Shown here one piece after another: positions 37,860 to 50,858 of a DNA stretch of 64,000 nt. Location of the stretch: NCBI RefSeq assembly GCF_006345805.1, contig NC_042999.1, positions 118,296,001 through 118,360,000 of the forward strand, read 5' to 3'. A program made the translations under genes and the position numbers. Each line of letters begins with the position of its first letter. Within the stretch, counting starts at the first letter, position 1. Below the pieces are notes generated by a model that was not told the DNA's origin, ran no database searches, and saw nothing but the letters and a program-made list of their open reading frames with translations. The stretch comes from Octopus sinensis (taxonomy: Eukaryota).

Positions 37860-39170
37860 CCTGGATTTGTTTCTAGAAATTAAAAAAATATCTGAAGGAG
37901 AACTGGTCTGGAATCAAGTTGGAGATTTTTGATCCAGGTAAAAGGTCCCCAACCTTATTGAGCTGCCCAGAGGAGCACAACTTCAAGTCGTGGTAGAAGG
38001 CAGAAAGCCAAGGTGTTACACTTGTGGGTCTAAGGCTCATTTGAAGGTTCTCTGTCCAAAACAACAACAAAATGGAGCTAGAGAAACAACGGTTCTGCTA
38101 CCACCACCACAAGAAGGTAAAATGCTGCAACAACAATCACTGCAGCAACAACCATTAAAGCAACATCTTCAACAACAGAATCCCACCACAACAATGACAG
38201 TGGTGGAAACAAACAAGCAATGCCCGACCATCCCTACAGGTGGGCGACATAGATACTCCATGTACGCCTGACACTGGCGATTCAGAAGCAACAAGAAGGA
38301 ATTGAATCCCACCCCACAAATAACTTATGTTGGGAAAAGCGGGAAAATAGTTCCAGAAAAGGCCGTCCTAAGCTGAAAGTGGAGAGACAGGACGAGGAAA
38401 ATTCATCTAATTCATTAGCTACATCACTGGCACACTAACCTAAATCCCAACAACAAGAGCAATGCACCCTCATTCAGTCACAACCACAACTACAAAAAGC
38501 ACCAAAACAGAAACAAATACACAAAGAGAACCAACAGTCATAAGCTGGCTTCGGAGGTACTCTGATCAATTTGAAAGCAGGCGGTTTCAGACCCGTTCTC
38601 AGAGGCTGGATTTCTGCAATGCACAGTGACATCTGTTCAGTGGTCAAAGTAAAAAGCCACCTATCGGAGCCATTTGGCATCGCACGTTCGGTCCGTCAGG
38701 ATTTCCCACTGTTACCTCTATATACATATTGGCATTCGAGCCATTGCTGCAGAAGACGGAACAGCTAATGAGAATCCCTTTCGAACTGGGACAAGGAAAG
38801 GCAGTGTCGGCATACACGGACGACGTCCCCGTCATGGTGTCCAACACCTCCGAAGTGGAGACGGTCGGTACCATCCTAAAGGAATATGAATCGGTTACAG
38901 GGGCTAAAAATCAACGTTGACAAATTGGTTGGCTTGCAGTTGGGCTCCTGGAGAGGCAGGACGTTGCCATCGGACGACGTTGTCGGGAGCTGGACCGACA
39001 GACAAGTTAAAGTGCTTGGGGTCTGGTTTGGTCCCGACATCCAGATTGATAAGAACTGGGATGAGATAGCAAAGAAGGTGGCCAGTCTTACCCAGAAATG
39101 GGATGAAAGAAAGCTGTCCCTGAAAGGTTGAGCAGAAGTAGCGAATGCTTACATCACTTCCGTGATTAAC
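37860..39170 (+). mobile_element. Tx1/L1-clade LINE fragment (ORF1 C-terminus joined to RT core)
   Basis: ORF1 knuckle VVVEGRKPRCYTCGSKAHLKVLC (CX2CX4HX4C). RT segments SVRQDFPLLPL..LAFEPLL, SAYTDDV, VKVLGVWFG and RKLSLKG. Endonuclease and RT N-terminus are missing at the junction near 38540; 3' truncated. Confidence 0.92.
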
Positions 39171-39923
39171 ATAAACATATCAAAAGAATTATTATGAACT
39201 GCATATCAAGCTCTCTTTTACAAAAACATCAAATACCCATAATAGAGGTAATTTTATTCCAGTTAGTACTTATTTGGAGGAAAACTATTTATTTGTAACT
39301 GCTATATTTTCAAACTAGCTAAAGTAGATTTATGAATAACGTTCATGGAATTTTTGTTACATTCAGTCAACAAGGAAAATTATTTTCATCTATTTCTATC
39401 CTTGATTACTTCTAATGTTCATCAATTTTATTCAGCTTCAGTAAATGCTTCATTATTCTTAAGGTGTGACAACAAAATATTTTAACAGACTTCCAAATCT
39501 GAGTTTTGACAGGCACCATTGTGTCATGTTGTTTGTTGTCTTGTAATTATTTGTAATTAGCTTGTTTCAGCTCTCATTCACATGTCATTAGGAATTTTTT
39601 AATGTGTTGAAGAAATAAATTCCATGCTGAAAAAATAAATCAAAGTTATTTTTTCTTTAAGGCATGAAGAATTTGGACATCTTACCAGTTAAAGTTGACA
39701 GTGTCTGATATCTTCATTGGGGATATAATTATTAACTTTTATTTTAATACTGTAATACTGCCATGACAAAAGATAAAACATCTCTTCTGTTATGTTGACC
39801 TGGGAACATAGAAAATATACACTTTTAATTTCTTATGGCAATGCTACATGTTGATGCACTTATTTTAAAATTCAATATGTATGTTTTACTAATCATGGCA
39901 ATATTTGGAGTTGTGCAAAAGTA

Positions 39924-40237
39924 ACTGGCACTCCTTTGGTTATGATGATAAGGGTTCTAATTGATCCAATCAATGGAACAGCCTGCTCATGAAATTAACG
40001 TGCAAGTGGCTGAGCATTTCACAAGCATGCATACCCCTAACATGGTTCTCAAGCATTTTCAACATGACACAGTACAGGACAAGGCTGGCCTTCATATTAC
40101 AGGTACAACTCATTTCTACCAGCTGTGTGAACTGAGCAACATGAAATAAAGTGTCTTGCACAAGGACACAATGCAAGGCCAGAAATTGAACTTATGACCT
40201 TACAATCATGATCTGAATACCTTAACCACTAACCTAC
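39924..40237 (-). mobile_element. SINE family C
   Basis: aacagcctgctcatgaaattaacgtgcaagtggctgagc..gaaataaagtgtcttgc..aaccactaa. Confidence 0.85.
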
Positions 40238-41344
40238 AAAGGTATTGAATAGTATTTGCTATTAAATGTCTTATAGGATTACATTTATTTTTTCATCCTG
40301 TTTCTTTAGTCTTTTATCGTCCCATAGTTTCATGTCAGACTTTTTCACATGGAGAATTTGGACATCTTACAAGTTCAAGTCAACAGTGTCTGACAAAAGA
40401 TAAACCATCTCTTCTGTTGTGTTGACCTGGAAGCATAGAAAATATACACTTTTAATTTCTCATGTCAGACATTGTGAGTAATTCAGTTTTATTTTGTTTT
40501 GTTTTGTTTTTTGTTTTTTTACTTATAAAACATTTCAACACTGATGATGCAGCTCTTTTACTCTTGACTTGAAATGAATTCATGAATCTGAAACATATGG
40601 AGTTTATGATCTTTTGCATTTATGAAATCCTAAGCACATGAAATTGAACCAGATGATAATGCAGATCATGTGTAGCATTTCCTTGAAATGTAAATATTTC
40701 TTATGTTATGCAGATCTTTTCATATTTTATATTGCTCTATTATGATGTGAATGAATAAAGTGAGTTTTACTAATTCAAAACTCAGGCTATATAGAGAGCA
40801 TTGCATTATATAAGTTATAGCACATTGTATTGTTTGCTGTTGCTGAAAGGTTAACATAATGCATGCTTCCCAGTTATACAGCTGATATCTAAATAGCAAA
40901 AAGATAGCAAAAAAGAAAATATTTGGTTTGGATAAAATTTCCCATGGTGGTACACTGTTGGTTTTTGTAAATAGAACAAGCTCTTAATTAACATGTAAAT
41001 GTTAGTCACTTTTTACTTTCAGAACCAAATGAATTAACATCACCATCTGGTTCTTGGATTCCTTTAGTAGAGTTTGCTCTGTTGCAAGACATACAATCAA
41101 TACTCAGTTTCCTCTGCATTCTCATTTGTCCTGTAGACATTCCTGCAGTAAACTCAGAAGATTTTGTCTGGGTCAGTGATTCTCAATTATTTTTATTCTG
41201 CCCCCCCCCCCAACAGCCATTCATCGTTTAAAAACTACTTCCTTAGATACTTCATTTAAAATTCCTATTTTGATTTTCACACATCAACTTGTGTAAGCTT
41301 AACTATATAAAACATCAGAGTTTTATAAACTATATAAAACATCT

Positions 41345-41578
41345 AAGGTGGCGAGCTGGCAGTATCGTTAGCACGCTGAGCGAAATGCGTAGCCGTATTT
41401 CGTCTGCCATTCCGTTCTGAGTTCAAATTCCGCCGAGGTCGACTTTGCCTTTCATCCTTTCGGGGTCAATTAAATAAGTACCAGTTACGCACTGGGGGTC
41501 GGTATAATCGACTTAATCGGTGTGTCTGTCCTTGTTTTTCCACTCTATGTTTAGCCCCTTGTGGGTAGTAAAGAAATA
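41345..41578 (+). mobile_element. SINE family B monomer, young
   Basis: aaggtggcgagctggcag...gtagtaaagaaata; 13-bp TSD tatataaaacatc at 41331-41343 / 41579-41591. Confidence 0.95.
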
Positions 41579-42850
41579 TATATAAAACATCAGAGTAAGA
41601 AACCTCATGGCTTCTTGCAACACATCCATATAGACCCTTGTTGAGCCCAACTTGTCTAGGTCATGGACTGTTTCCATGCCCCAGATAAATAACAGATAAA
41701 TAAAAAAACTTACCATAAGTTAAGTCTGGATAGATATGACATGGTAAGGTTTGAAGCCAATAGGAACAAAGTCTATTGATGAATGCATATTATTAGTAAA
41801 AGTGAGGTAGGTGAAACCATTTTATTGCATGTGACAAACATAAATTACTTTAAAATTTTTGTTTATATAATGATATCCTTCCAAAAACTTTCTATTAAAT
41901 GAAAGTTATACATTCACTTAAGATGCTGTATCTTTTTGAAAGTCAAGCAAAGTTGTTTTCTCCCTATGGAATATAGTGTCTAAATCTGTTCTTAAAACAC
42001 TCATCTGACTTTTCAAGGTAAATTTTCAAGATTACCACCTCATACACGGTAAATGCAAATGCCACTTTGATAACAGCAATCAGATAATACCATGTAACAA
42101 GTTACTGAGACGGATCTGACTATCACTGCACAGTAACAATAACAACAGGAAAAATCTACAGCTTTCTATTTGTAGAAACTATAGATATTTCCAAAATTAT
42201 TGAATGATATTGTAATTCTAAAGTCTATATCTCAAACGGAACTGTTCCAACCTTGTTTTCTGTCTTCTGAGAAAACTTCACAAATGAACAAACCAAGTTT
42301 TAAGTTTTACTAATTCAAAGGTCGTGCTACATAAACAGTATTGCATTACATAAGTCACAACGCATTATATTATTTGGTGCTGTTGTAAGGTTAATACAAT
42401 GCACTCTTCAGTTATATAGTTGCTATGTGAATAGGAAGAAAAAAAGATTTGTTTTGGATAAAATTCTTGCAGACATTTTATGTCTGCAATTGTCTGTAAC
42501 AATTGTACATGATAAAGATGCATCTACATATATATATATATATATATATAACAATGGTTTCATATATATACATACATAATACATACATACATATATATAC
42601 AGGTATGCCTGACTTTTCCAATTTTCGATTATTTTCATCATTGGTACAGAGTCTTTGGGTTTTGTTCACTTGCCTGCTTTCACCTTTGTGTTTCAGGGAA
42701 AACTTGTGGTTTGATCATTTTGATTGCTATGTTAGCATGCTGGTACTCTGGTACTGCCTGTTAGTACCCTCAATTATTAATTGATAATTTTTATCTTTAT
42801 GAGATTTTTATGCATGCTAAGCCAGTGATATTATTATAAACAGTAACATC

Positions 42851-42854
<4 letters not shown>

Positions 42855-42911
<57 letters not shown>

Positions 42912-43040
42912 GTATATCTATCTATCAATCTATTTATCTTTCTATCCATCTAGCTATCTGTCTGACTGTCTATCTATCTATCTTTTTATATATATACATA
43001 CATATATATATTTGCATATGCACATATACATATATATGTG
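42855..43040. repeat. (TA)n/TCTA compound microsatellite
   Basis: Directly visible; another block lies at 42525-42600. Confidence 0.95.
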
Positions 43041-43395
43041 ATCAACAGTATATGGACACCCACTTAAGAATGAAGCTGTACAAGTTTGGGCCACCCTCAA
43101 TTGGAAACAGTGGCAGTCAATACAGTGTTAGCCCACCCTTAGCCTTGATGACAGCTTCCACTCTTGCAGGTGTACTTTCAATCAGGTGGTGGAAGGTTTC
43201 CTGGGGAATGACAACCCATTCTTCATGGAGAGCCAAAATGAGCAAGGCTATCAATGTGGGTCAGTGTCATCTTGCCCAGTGTTGGTATTCCAAAACATCC
43301 CAGAGATGTTCAATGAGATTTAAATCACTCAGTTCTCATAGGGAATTGCAAAACCTTACACTGTTTTTTTAAAATTTTATCCTCTATAATCATAT

Positions 43396-43790
43396 AAGCA
43401 CAGGAGTGGGTGTGTGGTAAGGATCTTGCTTCCTGGTCTCATTGTTCTGGGTTCAGTGCCACTCTGTGGCACCTTGGGCTAGTGTCTTCTACTATAATCT
43501 TGGGTCAACCAAAGCCTTGTGAGTGAATTTGGTAGATGGAAATTGAAAGAAGCCCATTGTATGCATATGTCTATGTATCTATGTGTGTGTGCTGTGTTTG
43601 TCTCCCCATCACCACTTGACAACTGGTGTTGGTGTGTTTACATCCCTGTAACTTAGTGGTTCAGCTAAAGAATCCAATAGAATAAGTACCATGCTTAAAA
43701 AATGAAGTACTGGGGTTAATTCATTTGACTAGAAATTCAAGATGGTGCCCCAGCATGACCACAGTCTAATGACTGAAACTGGTAAAAGAT
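43396..43790 (+). mobile_element. SINE family A
   Basis: caggagtgggtgtgtggtaag..gggttcagtgcc..gactgaaactggtaaaaga. Confidence 0.88.
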
Positions 43791-44199
43791 ATCTGGAATT
43801 CTTGCCTCGGTAATATGGTCAGTCCGTTTAACGAAATAGCACAAGATCTTGTAATTCTCATTTTCTCTCACAGCCTCTGGTTCATATTCCAATGCACTCT
43901 TTTTCTTACACAGACATGTCTGCATTTATACTACTTTTCTGCTACTCCACTGCATTCACTCAAAATGTAATTGATACTCTTGTCTCCTTTCTTGCAGATT
44001 CTACATTTGCTGTCAAAGTTTTGTCAATCATTGCCTTTATCAGATCATGTTAGGAGCTTTTCCTGAGTGGCTATTATTAGCATTTCTGTCTCACATCTTA
44101 AGTTTCCACCTCGAAACATGAGATGTGAGACAGAAATGTTCTCGGAGCCAGAGATGTTCACTTCTAGTTTGTTTTATGTTTTGACCATGTAGTTCCATT

Positions 44200-44675
44200 T
44201 CTTTCCATTTATTTGTGCTGTTCTTTCTTCCTTTTCTCTGGCTGCCAATAATATTCTTTTTTATTCTGCACAGTACAATTTTTCATACTCTGTACCACAG
44301 TACTAAGAGTGTCTTTTGTATTTAGTAATTTTCTGCCACCTTCCTTTCTATGTAGGTAGAGATAGTTGGTATTGCTTTTAGGGTGGAGTGCATTATGCAT
44401 TGAGAGAAGCTTTCTAGTTCTCTTGAAGTTATGTAGTGTAGCTCAACCTTTGAAAATTTCAGAAAGGGAGTAGGGTGTCTTACCACTGGCATTGTCCATG
44501 TATGTATGGCTTGAATGATGTTCCCTCCATTTAATTATGTTTTGAGTACTTTAATTTTGTTTCCAGCACCTCTTGTACTCTTTAGGGACTTACTCATTTC
44601 TACTCCAGTGTCCTATCTTCCTGCAGCACTCCTAGGTATTAATACCTCTCATTATTTCACAGCAATCTACTGTTT
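44200..44675 (-). mobile_element. R4/Dong-like post-RT fragment
   Basis: Y*YLGVLQED, LNGGNIIQAIHTWTMPVVR and RKLLSMHNALHPKSNTNYLYLHRKEGGRKL. Confidence 0.85.
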
Positions 44676-44679
44676 TCTC

Positions 44680-44682
44680 ATG

Positions 44683-44726
<44 letters not shown>

Positions 44727-45960
44727 CATCATCATCATCGACATCATTATTATTCTGAAAGACTCTTGGATAGTTTTTTAATTACCAGTTGTTCTTTACT
44801 TGAAAGCAGGCCATGACAAATCACCAAAAGTTTCAAGTGGCGCCTTCTCCTGTGACTCAAAGAGATAATACTCTCCTTAGAATGCAAGCTGTACCCAACA
44901 ATGCTGTCTTCTGGATCACTTCAAGCCTGACAGCAGCCCAATATTCTTAATATGTTTTTCAAAGCTCTTGGAAACTGCTCTTAATGCTCCGATTACCACC
45001 AGTATCACCTTTACTTTCCTCATGCCCCATATCTTTCCTATCCTGTCCTGCAGTGGCTGGCATTTCTCACAGTGCACCTTTCTACAAGCACACATCTAGC
45101 TGTTTTGCTATCCTTTCATGGAGTCCTTTCAGCTTCTTCATCTAATATCCTTGGACCCCATCTGGTCCTGAACTCTTCCAATTTGGGAATTTTCTTAACT
45201 GCATTTTTATCATTTCTGTAGTTATTTTTATGTCTTCTTGGACTTCTATATCTCTTGACCTATCTTGGTTTTCACGTAGCCACTCCACTTCATCATTATA
45301 CTCTACAGGCTGGTCTAAGATACCTCTCCACAATGCCCTGCTTTCCTCTGCATCTGGTTTCATAGTTATGCATAATTGCCCATCTAGTTCCTGAAGCAGT
45401 TTCTTCTGATTTGCTTCAAACAATCTGTTCTGCCTGAATTATTTTCTTCTATTGTTATATCTTTCCAGTTTTGCTCTGATTGCCACTACTCTTTGTTTCA
45501 GTTCTTCCAATATCACACCATACTCTTTATCTCTTATTTTATATGTTCTTTCCAGCATTATTCTTATGCTTTCATTCTGCAATTCCCCTCTACTCAATCT
45601 ATCAAATTGTCCTAAATGTCTTTTTAACTTTGTTTCTCCCAAATTTGTCTACACTAGTATTGTTCTTTACATTCTGTTTGTTCTCTTCTTTTGTATTCAA
45701 CTCTATCTGCAGCAACCATAGCTTCAGCCCAAATAATCTTGTTAGTTTCAGTTATATTTCTCGTCTGGAACAGCCTAAGGACCGAATCTATATTTACAGT
45801 TTCAACTTTGAGTTTGTGTAGATCAATGTACCTCAGATTGGTTGATGCTTGATCCTGTTCTTCTCTAATATATTGGCACAGCATCCTCACTATGTCTTGT
45901 TGGTCATCATCATATTCTTGTGATATAGCCCTTCCCATTATTCTGCTTCATTTGCTGAGA
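44680..45960 (-). mobile_element. R4/Dong-like element, RT internally deleted, with (AAT)n tail
   Basis: LEELKQRVVAI, FEANQKK, PDAEES and MQLRKFPNWKSSGPDGVQGY jump near 45070 to EKCQPLQDRIGKIWGMRKVKVILVVIGAL..QKTALLGTACILRRVL. Tail at 44683-44755. Confidence 0.88.
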
Positions 45961-46765
45961 ATGAATTTACATTTTCACTTTACTCTAAATCTTCACTGCC
46001 ACAATTCATTTCTCTGTCCTAGCTGGGCACATTATTTATTGGTGAAGTATTATTTCTATTTTCTACTTTTCATTTTATCTCTTCAATTCCGTGTCTGTTA
46101 ACGACTCTATTGCTTTTATTGCAAAATTCTTATAAAGTGTCATTGCTCTTTCTTAGAGGAGGAGTATTTATGCATTGCTATATAAAACTGTGAGTTCAAG
46201 CCCTACTCTAACAATTTTGATGATTGTAGCTGTCTCTTTCATGTTATTTCCGTCTGTAAACTAACAGACTCTAACACTTGAAGAAATAATGTTAGCATGA
46301 GGAGACTTAGAGGAATATTGATTAGATAGAAATACATTCTTCTCTGGTTGACATACAGTAATACATTCAAAGAACATACTAAAAAAAGAATTCCTGAATT
46401 CTTCTCCATAAGTACATAGTCACCTTTATTAAGAACAACACTAAGACAGAAATTAATGTAGCTTCATTCACGCAACAGCTACACTAAGATACATATTTGT
46501 ATAAACAAAGGCTAATAAATAGAATTAAATTATAGCATGCAATGGCAAAATAAAATAGAATAAACAGCAGACAATCCCCCTTATCTTTTACTCCTCCTAC
46601 CATAAACCCATAACAACCATAACAAAGTTTAAAAATTAATGATACACCCTCTTTATATTCTAACCAATCATAATACGATATTTATATAGCAATTATCACT
46701 AATTTATGTTGTTGCACTACAACTGAATCTTAGCAGAATGTACTTTCAGTCAATATTTATAACAT

Positions 46766-47025
46766 AAATGTATGTATGTATGTATGTATGTATGTATGTA
46801 GTATGTATGTATGTATGTATGTATGTATGTATGTATGTATGTATGTATGTATGTATGTATGTGTGTGTGTGTGTGGTGTGTGTGTGTGTGTGTGTGTGTG
46901 TCTGTGTGTGTGTGTGTGTGTCTGTGTGCATGTATGTTGGTATATATTTGGTGTCTGTGTATGTATGTATGTATGTATGTATGTATTAGGTATCTGTGTA
47001 TGCATGTGTGCACATGTCTGTTAGT
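46766..47025. repeat. (TATG)n/(TG)n compound microsatellite
   Basis: Directly visible; source of the MYVC/HTYI ORFs. Confidence 0.97.
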
Positions 47026-47035
47026 GTTTGCATGT

Positions 47036-47245
47036 ATCATCATCATCATCATAATCATCTTTTAAGACTCGTCTTCCATGCTGATATGGGTTGCAGGTTG
47101 TGACATCATCTGACTGGCCTGACTTCCGTGTAAGTCTGCTATGCCTGATTTCAGCATAGTTTCTAAAGTTGGACACACTTCCTAATGCCAACCACTATAC
47201 GAATGTAATGGGTGCTTTTTTAGAGTCACTGACACTAGTGAAGGT
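47036..47245 (-). mobile_element. Old RTE 3' UTR remnant
   Basis: (catcat) tail, ttccatgctg..atggg and cttcctaatgccaaccact. Confidence 0.7.
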
Positions 47246-47375
47246 ACCATGCAACATCCAAAATCAAAATTTCCTTCTGGTGATTTGGAGCTACACTAGG
47301 GCGGTGTCTTTATGCTAAGAAGATGAAAGGTTAAAGTATGGGAGAAGGAGTCAAAGCAGGACAGGTTTCTTGCTC

Positions 47376-47547
47376 TTTCTCTCTCTCTCTCTCTACATAT
47401 ATATATATATAAATATGTGTGTATGTATGTATGTATGTATGTATGTAATGTATGTATGTATGTATGTATGTAATGTATGTATGTATGTATGTATGTATGT
47501 ATGTGTATGTATGTATGTATGTGTATGTATGTATGTGTATGTATGTA

Positions 47548-47610
<63 letters not shown>
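47376..47610. repeat. CT/TA/TATG/TG compound microsatellite
   Basis: Directly visible. Confidence 0.97.
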
Positions 47611-47614
<4 letters not shown>

Positions 47615-47969
47615 GGCTTCTTTCAGTTTCTGTCTGCCAAATCCACTCACAAGGCTTTGCATGTTCTCATAAGCACCATTTGAGCAACAAATCGGGACAT
47701 TACTTACATCCTCCAATAATCAATGATCCTGTATTTTTGTGGACAGTTGCCAACCATTTTACTTGTAATGCAAATGGGTTTACAATAAGTATCATCTAAC
47801 TCATGAAAGCATGGAAAATGAATGTAAAAGTACTGATAATAACGATGACAACAATGATATAATAGCATATTATTAAGAATATTCTGACATCAGATGATAT
47901 TCAAAAATGATTCATTGAAAGTATTAGCATGTTTTCTTGTGTACTTAGTCTACCAACTAACATCGTTAA

Positions 47970-48191
47970 ATGAGGGAGTGTCAAAAAGTTCCTGGCTTTA
48001 AGGGTATTGCCAAAAGCCTGGTCAGAGGTCCAATCTTCTGAATTCTTTTACAGGGCTAAGAAAAAAACCGAAGGACTGCTGCAATAAGTATGTTAATCCA
48101 AGAGTGGAATGCATTGAATAAAATCATGATTAACTGATTCTCTCATATTGTATTTTACTCAAAGCCAGGAACTTTTCAGCACCCTCTCATA
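47970..48191 (+). mobile_element. Mariner-derived MITE
   Basis: ~30-bp TIRs atgagggagtgtcaaaaagttcctggcttt / aaagccaggaacttttcagcaccctctcat-A. Retains the transposase tail CNKYVNPRVECIE*. Confidence 0.85.
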
Positions 48192-48494
48192 GGTATCAAT
48201 AAATCCCTTTGGATTTACTAACATAGGTGTAATTGCACCCTAGAGTTCAGGCAAGTACCTAGATGCACAGAATCTGCTATCTACTCCTAGTACTACTACA
48301 ATAGAATCAAGTCTTTTCCTCTGAAGTAGCTGGCTCTTCACATTCACTTGCAAGTGTGTATGACTGGGTACCATTAATCTAGTACCTATCTGCTTGCAAG
48401 CAGACACAGACATGCTCTTGACCCTCCTATCCTTGTTAGTCCCAGCAGAACATTAAGGATCTAACAGCTGGAGAGAGGCAGGCTTGCACCAATA

Positions 48495-48642
48495 CTCAGC
48501 TGGTATACATTTTCAGCTGAGTTGACTGGAGCAGCATGAAATTAAGTGCTTTGCACAAGGATATGATGTATCATCTAGTCTAGGAACTGAATCTGTGATT
48601 TGTGAACATAAGCCCAAAATCCTAACCACAAGACCATATGCA
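48495..48642 (-). mobile_element. Old SINE C-type head and core
   Basis: cagctgagttgactggagcagcatgaaattaagtgctttgcacaagg..cctaaccac. Confidence 0.65.
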
Positions 48643-49255
48643 ACATGAAAAAATCTCACCAGTTAGGGAGGACCTAAAAAGGCTAAGAGAAGTCCCTTCA
48701 TTTCTGATTAAGTTATATAAAAGTCCATCAGCAGGATCAGAATAGCCTTAATCTCTGTATTGTCTCTATGCAGTTGGTGACATCCTAATAGATTAAGTAC
48801 GTTTGATGTTAGTGCATTTTTCATATGTCTGATAAATAACAGTTACAGCAACACAAAAATTTTAGATAACATCTCTAAAGTATTTTTTTGTTTGGCTTAA
48901 CTCCTCTGTAAATCATACTTTAACTGCTGCACTATTTTTATGATCTTTTTATTTCAAAAGGTCTTCTGAACTAATAAACTATGCTCCATCCAGCCAACAC
49001 ATATGTATCTTCCTCTCCTCATCTATAAATTGCATTATGCCTCATTAGACTAGATACTAAACACTCAAATCTAGTGCCACTATGCAGCTGCTTGCCTGTT
49101 AGAAATAGTAGCCAGATTACATGCTATTCTTTAAAGATTACACCAGTTAGTATAGTCCTTGATACTCCAAAGTATAGGATGGTTACAGCTGGAATATTTT
49201 TGAACCGAGGTCTGTTTGATTAGGGGTGACTTAGGATGAAACATTTACATGCTTT

Positions 49256-49663
49256 AGGTGCAGGAGTGGCTGCGTGGTAAGCAGCTTTCTTACCAGCCAC
49301 ATGGTTCTGGGTTCAGTCCCATTGCATTGCAACTTGCGCAAGTGTCTTCTACTATAGTTTCGGGTTGACCAAAGCCTTGTGGGTGGATTTGGTAGATGGA
49401 AACTGAAAGAAGCCCGTCGTATGTATATGTATATATATGTATGCATGTGTGTGTATATGTCTGTGTGTCTGTGTTTGTCTCCCCAACATCGCTTGACAAC
49501 TGATGCTGTTGGGTCTATATCCCCGTAACTTAGCGGGTTCGCAAAAGAGACCGATAGATTAAGTACTAGGCTTACTAAGAATAAGTCCTGGGGTCGATTT
49601 GCTCGACTAAAGGCGGTGCTCCAGCATAGCCATAGTCAAATGACTGAAACGAGTAAAAGAGTA
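49256..49663 (+). mobile_element. SINE family A, young full-length copy
   Basis: ggtgcaggagtggctgcgtggtaag...gagtaaaagagta; CpG-rich. Confidence 0.95.
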
Positions 49664-50664
49664 TGCTACACATTTCACTTAACACACTTTCCTTTCAGAA
49701 TGGCAGTTACCTGCAAAAGATTGTAATATGCCATCAGCAACATTTATCTTATCAATCTGGAAAATTTGGCAAATTCTATAAACACATCTCTTAGAAAATA
49801 AGTCAACCTCTATATGTGCCTCTGTATGCATGTGTGGGGGGTGGGGTACATAAGTGTGTGCATGTGGTAGCATAAGTGTGTGTGTGTATAAATAACTGCA
49901 TAAGCAAAGAAGATCTAGTGCTATATATCAACTGATGAATTCTTTAATTAAATAAAAGGATGAAATGAAGGAAAACAAATATGAACATAATAGTTTATGT
50001 TGATGTTTCTCTAATTATAAGTTGAAAGATTAAATTACTTCTATTATTTTCAATTTGTTTTTCTATTTTTCGTATTATTATTATTTAAAATTAACTTATC
50101 AAATAACATTAAAATTCAATAAATAGCAAATATATATAATGAAATTCTCCGAATATCATTAGTATGTCAGTCTATGATATCACAGCTGAAATGCATTAGT
50201 TATAAGTGCAGGATGTGAAGAAAATAGTACAATAAATAATGTATATAATATATATTCTTTCAAAAATATAATGTTTTATATCTAAAATGCTGAAATGTTA
50301 CAAATGAAGAATAATGAATATCATGACTGCGATATGAAAACATATCTACATGCAACATCCTTCTTAATAGGCTGTGAATTGACTGATGAAATGAAGAAAC
50401 AATGTTTATTGAGAATCAATGAATACTTCAGCTGACATGCAATCAACATGGATATCATTATTTTCTTAGTTTATCTCATGTATCATATGTTTATATCATG
50501 TTCTTTACAATTGGCTTGTCTTTCATAAATACATACTGGATACAGATATGGATGTGAGGTGTAAAAGTTACTTTGCAACAAAGAAGTCTGGAAGTTTGAT
50601 CCCACTGCTTGCACAGTGGCCAAATTATTCTATACCTTTAGAATGAAAAATACTTTCTAAGAAT

Positions 50665-50679
50665 TTATGTATGTACGTA

Positions 50680-50714
<35 letters not shown>

Positions 50715-50850
50715 ATTATGTGTGTGTGTGTATGTATGTATGTATGTATGTATGTATGTATGCATAGATGTGTGTGTGTGTGTGTGTGTGTGCATGGATG
50801 TATGCACACATATATGATGTACATATGTATGCATCTATGTATGGTATGTA
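50665..50850. repeat. TATG/TG compound microsatellite
   Basis: Directly visible. Confidence 0.95.
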
Positions 50851-50858
50851 TGGTAAGT

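Noticed and set aside
41174-41330. cagtgattctcaa start resembling a hAT MITE terminus
   Set aside because: No matching opposite TIR or 8-bp TSD found.
46746-47799. Cluster of overlapping ORFs (MYVC, HTYI, YIYI)
   Set aside because: Translations of TATG/TG/TA microsatellites; the same applies to ORFs at 3.3, 16, 23.6, 50.7, 51.7 and 54.2 kb.
49256-49330. tRNA-like A/B boxes in SINE heads (also 50860, 56807, 41345)
   Set aside because: No full cloverleaf; they are continuous with SINE bodies, so they are not tRNA genes.
49932-49965. CTGATGA-stem-GAAA in AT-rich DNA
   Set aside because: Helix II forms, but there is no credible helix I or III.
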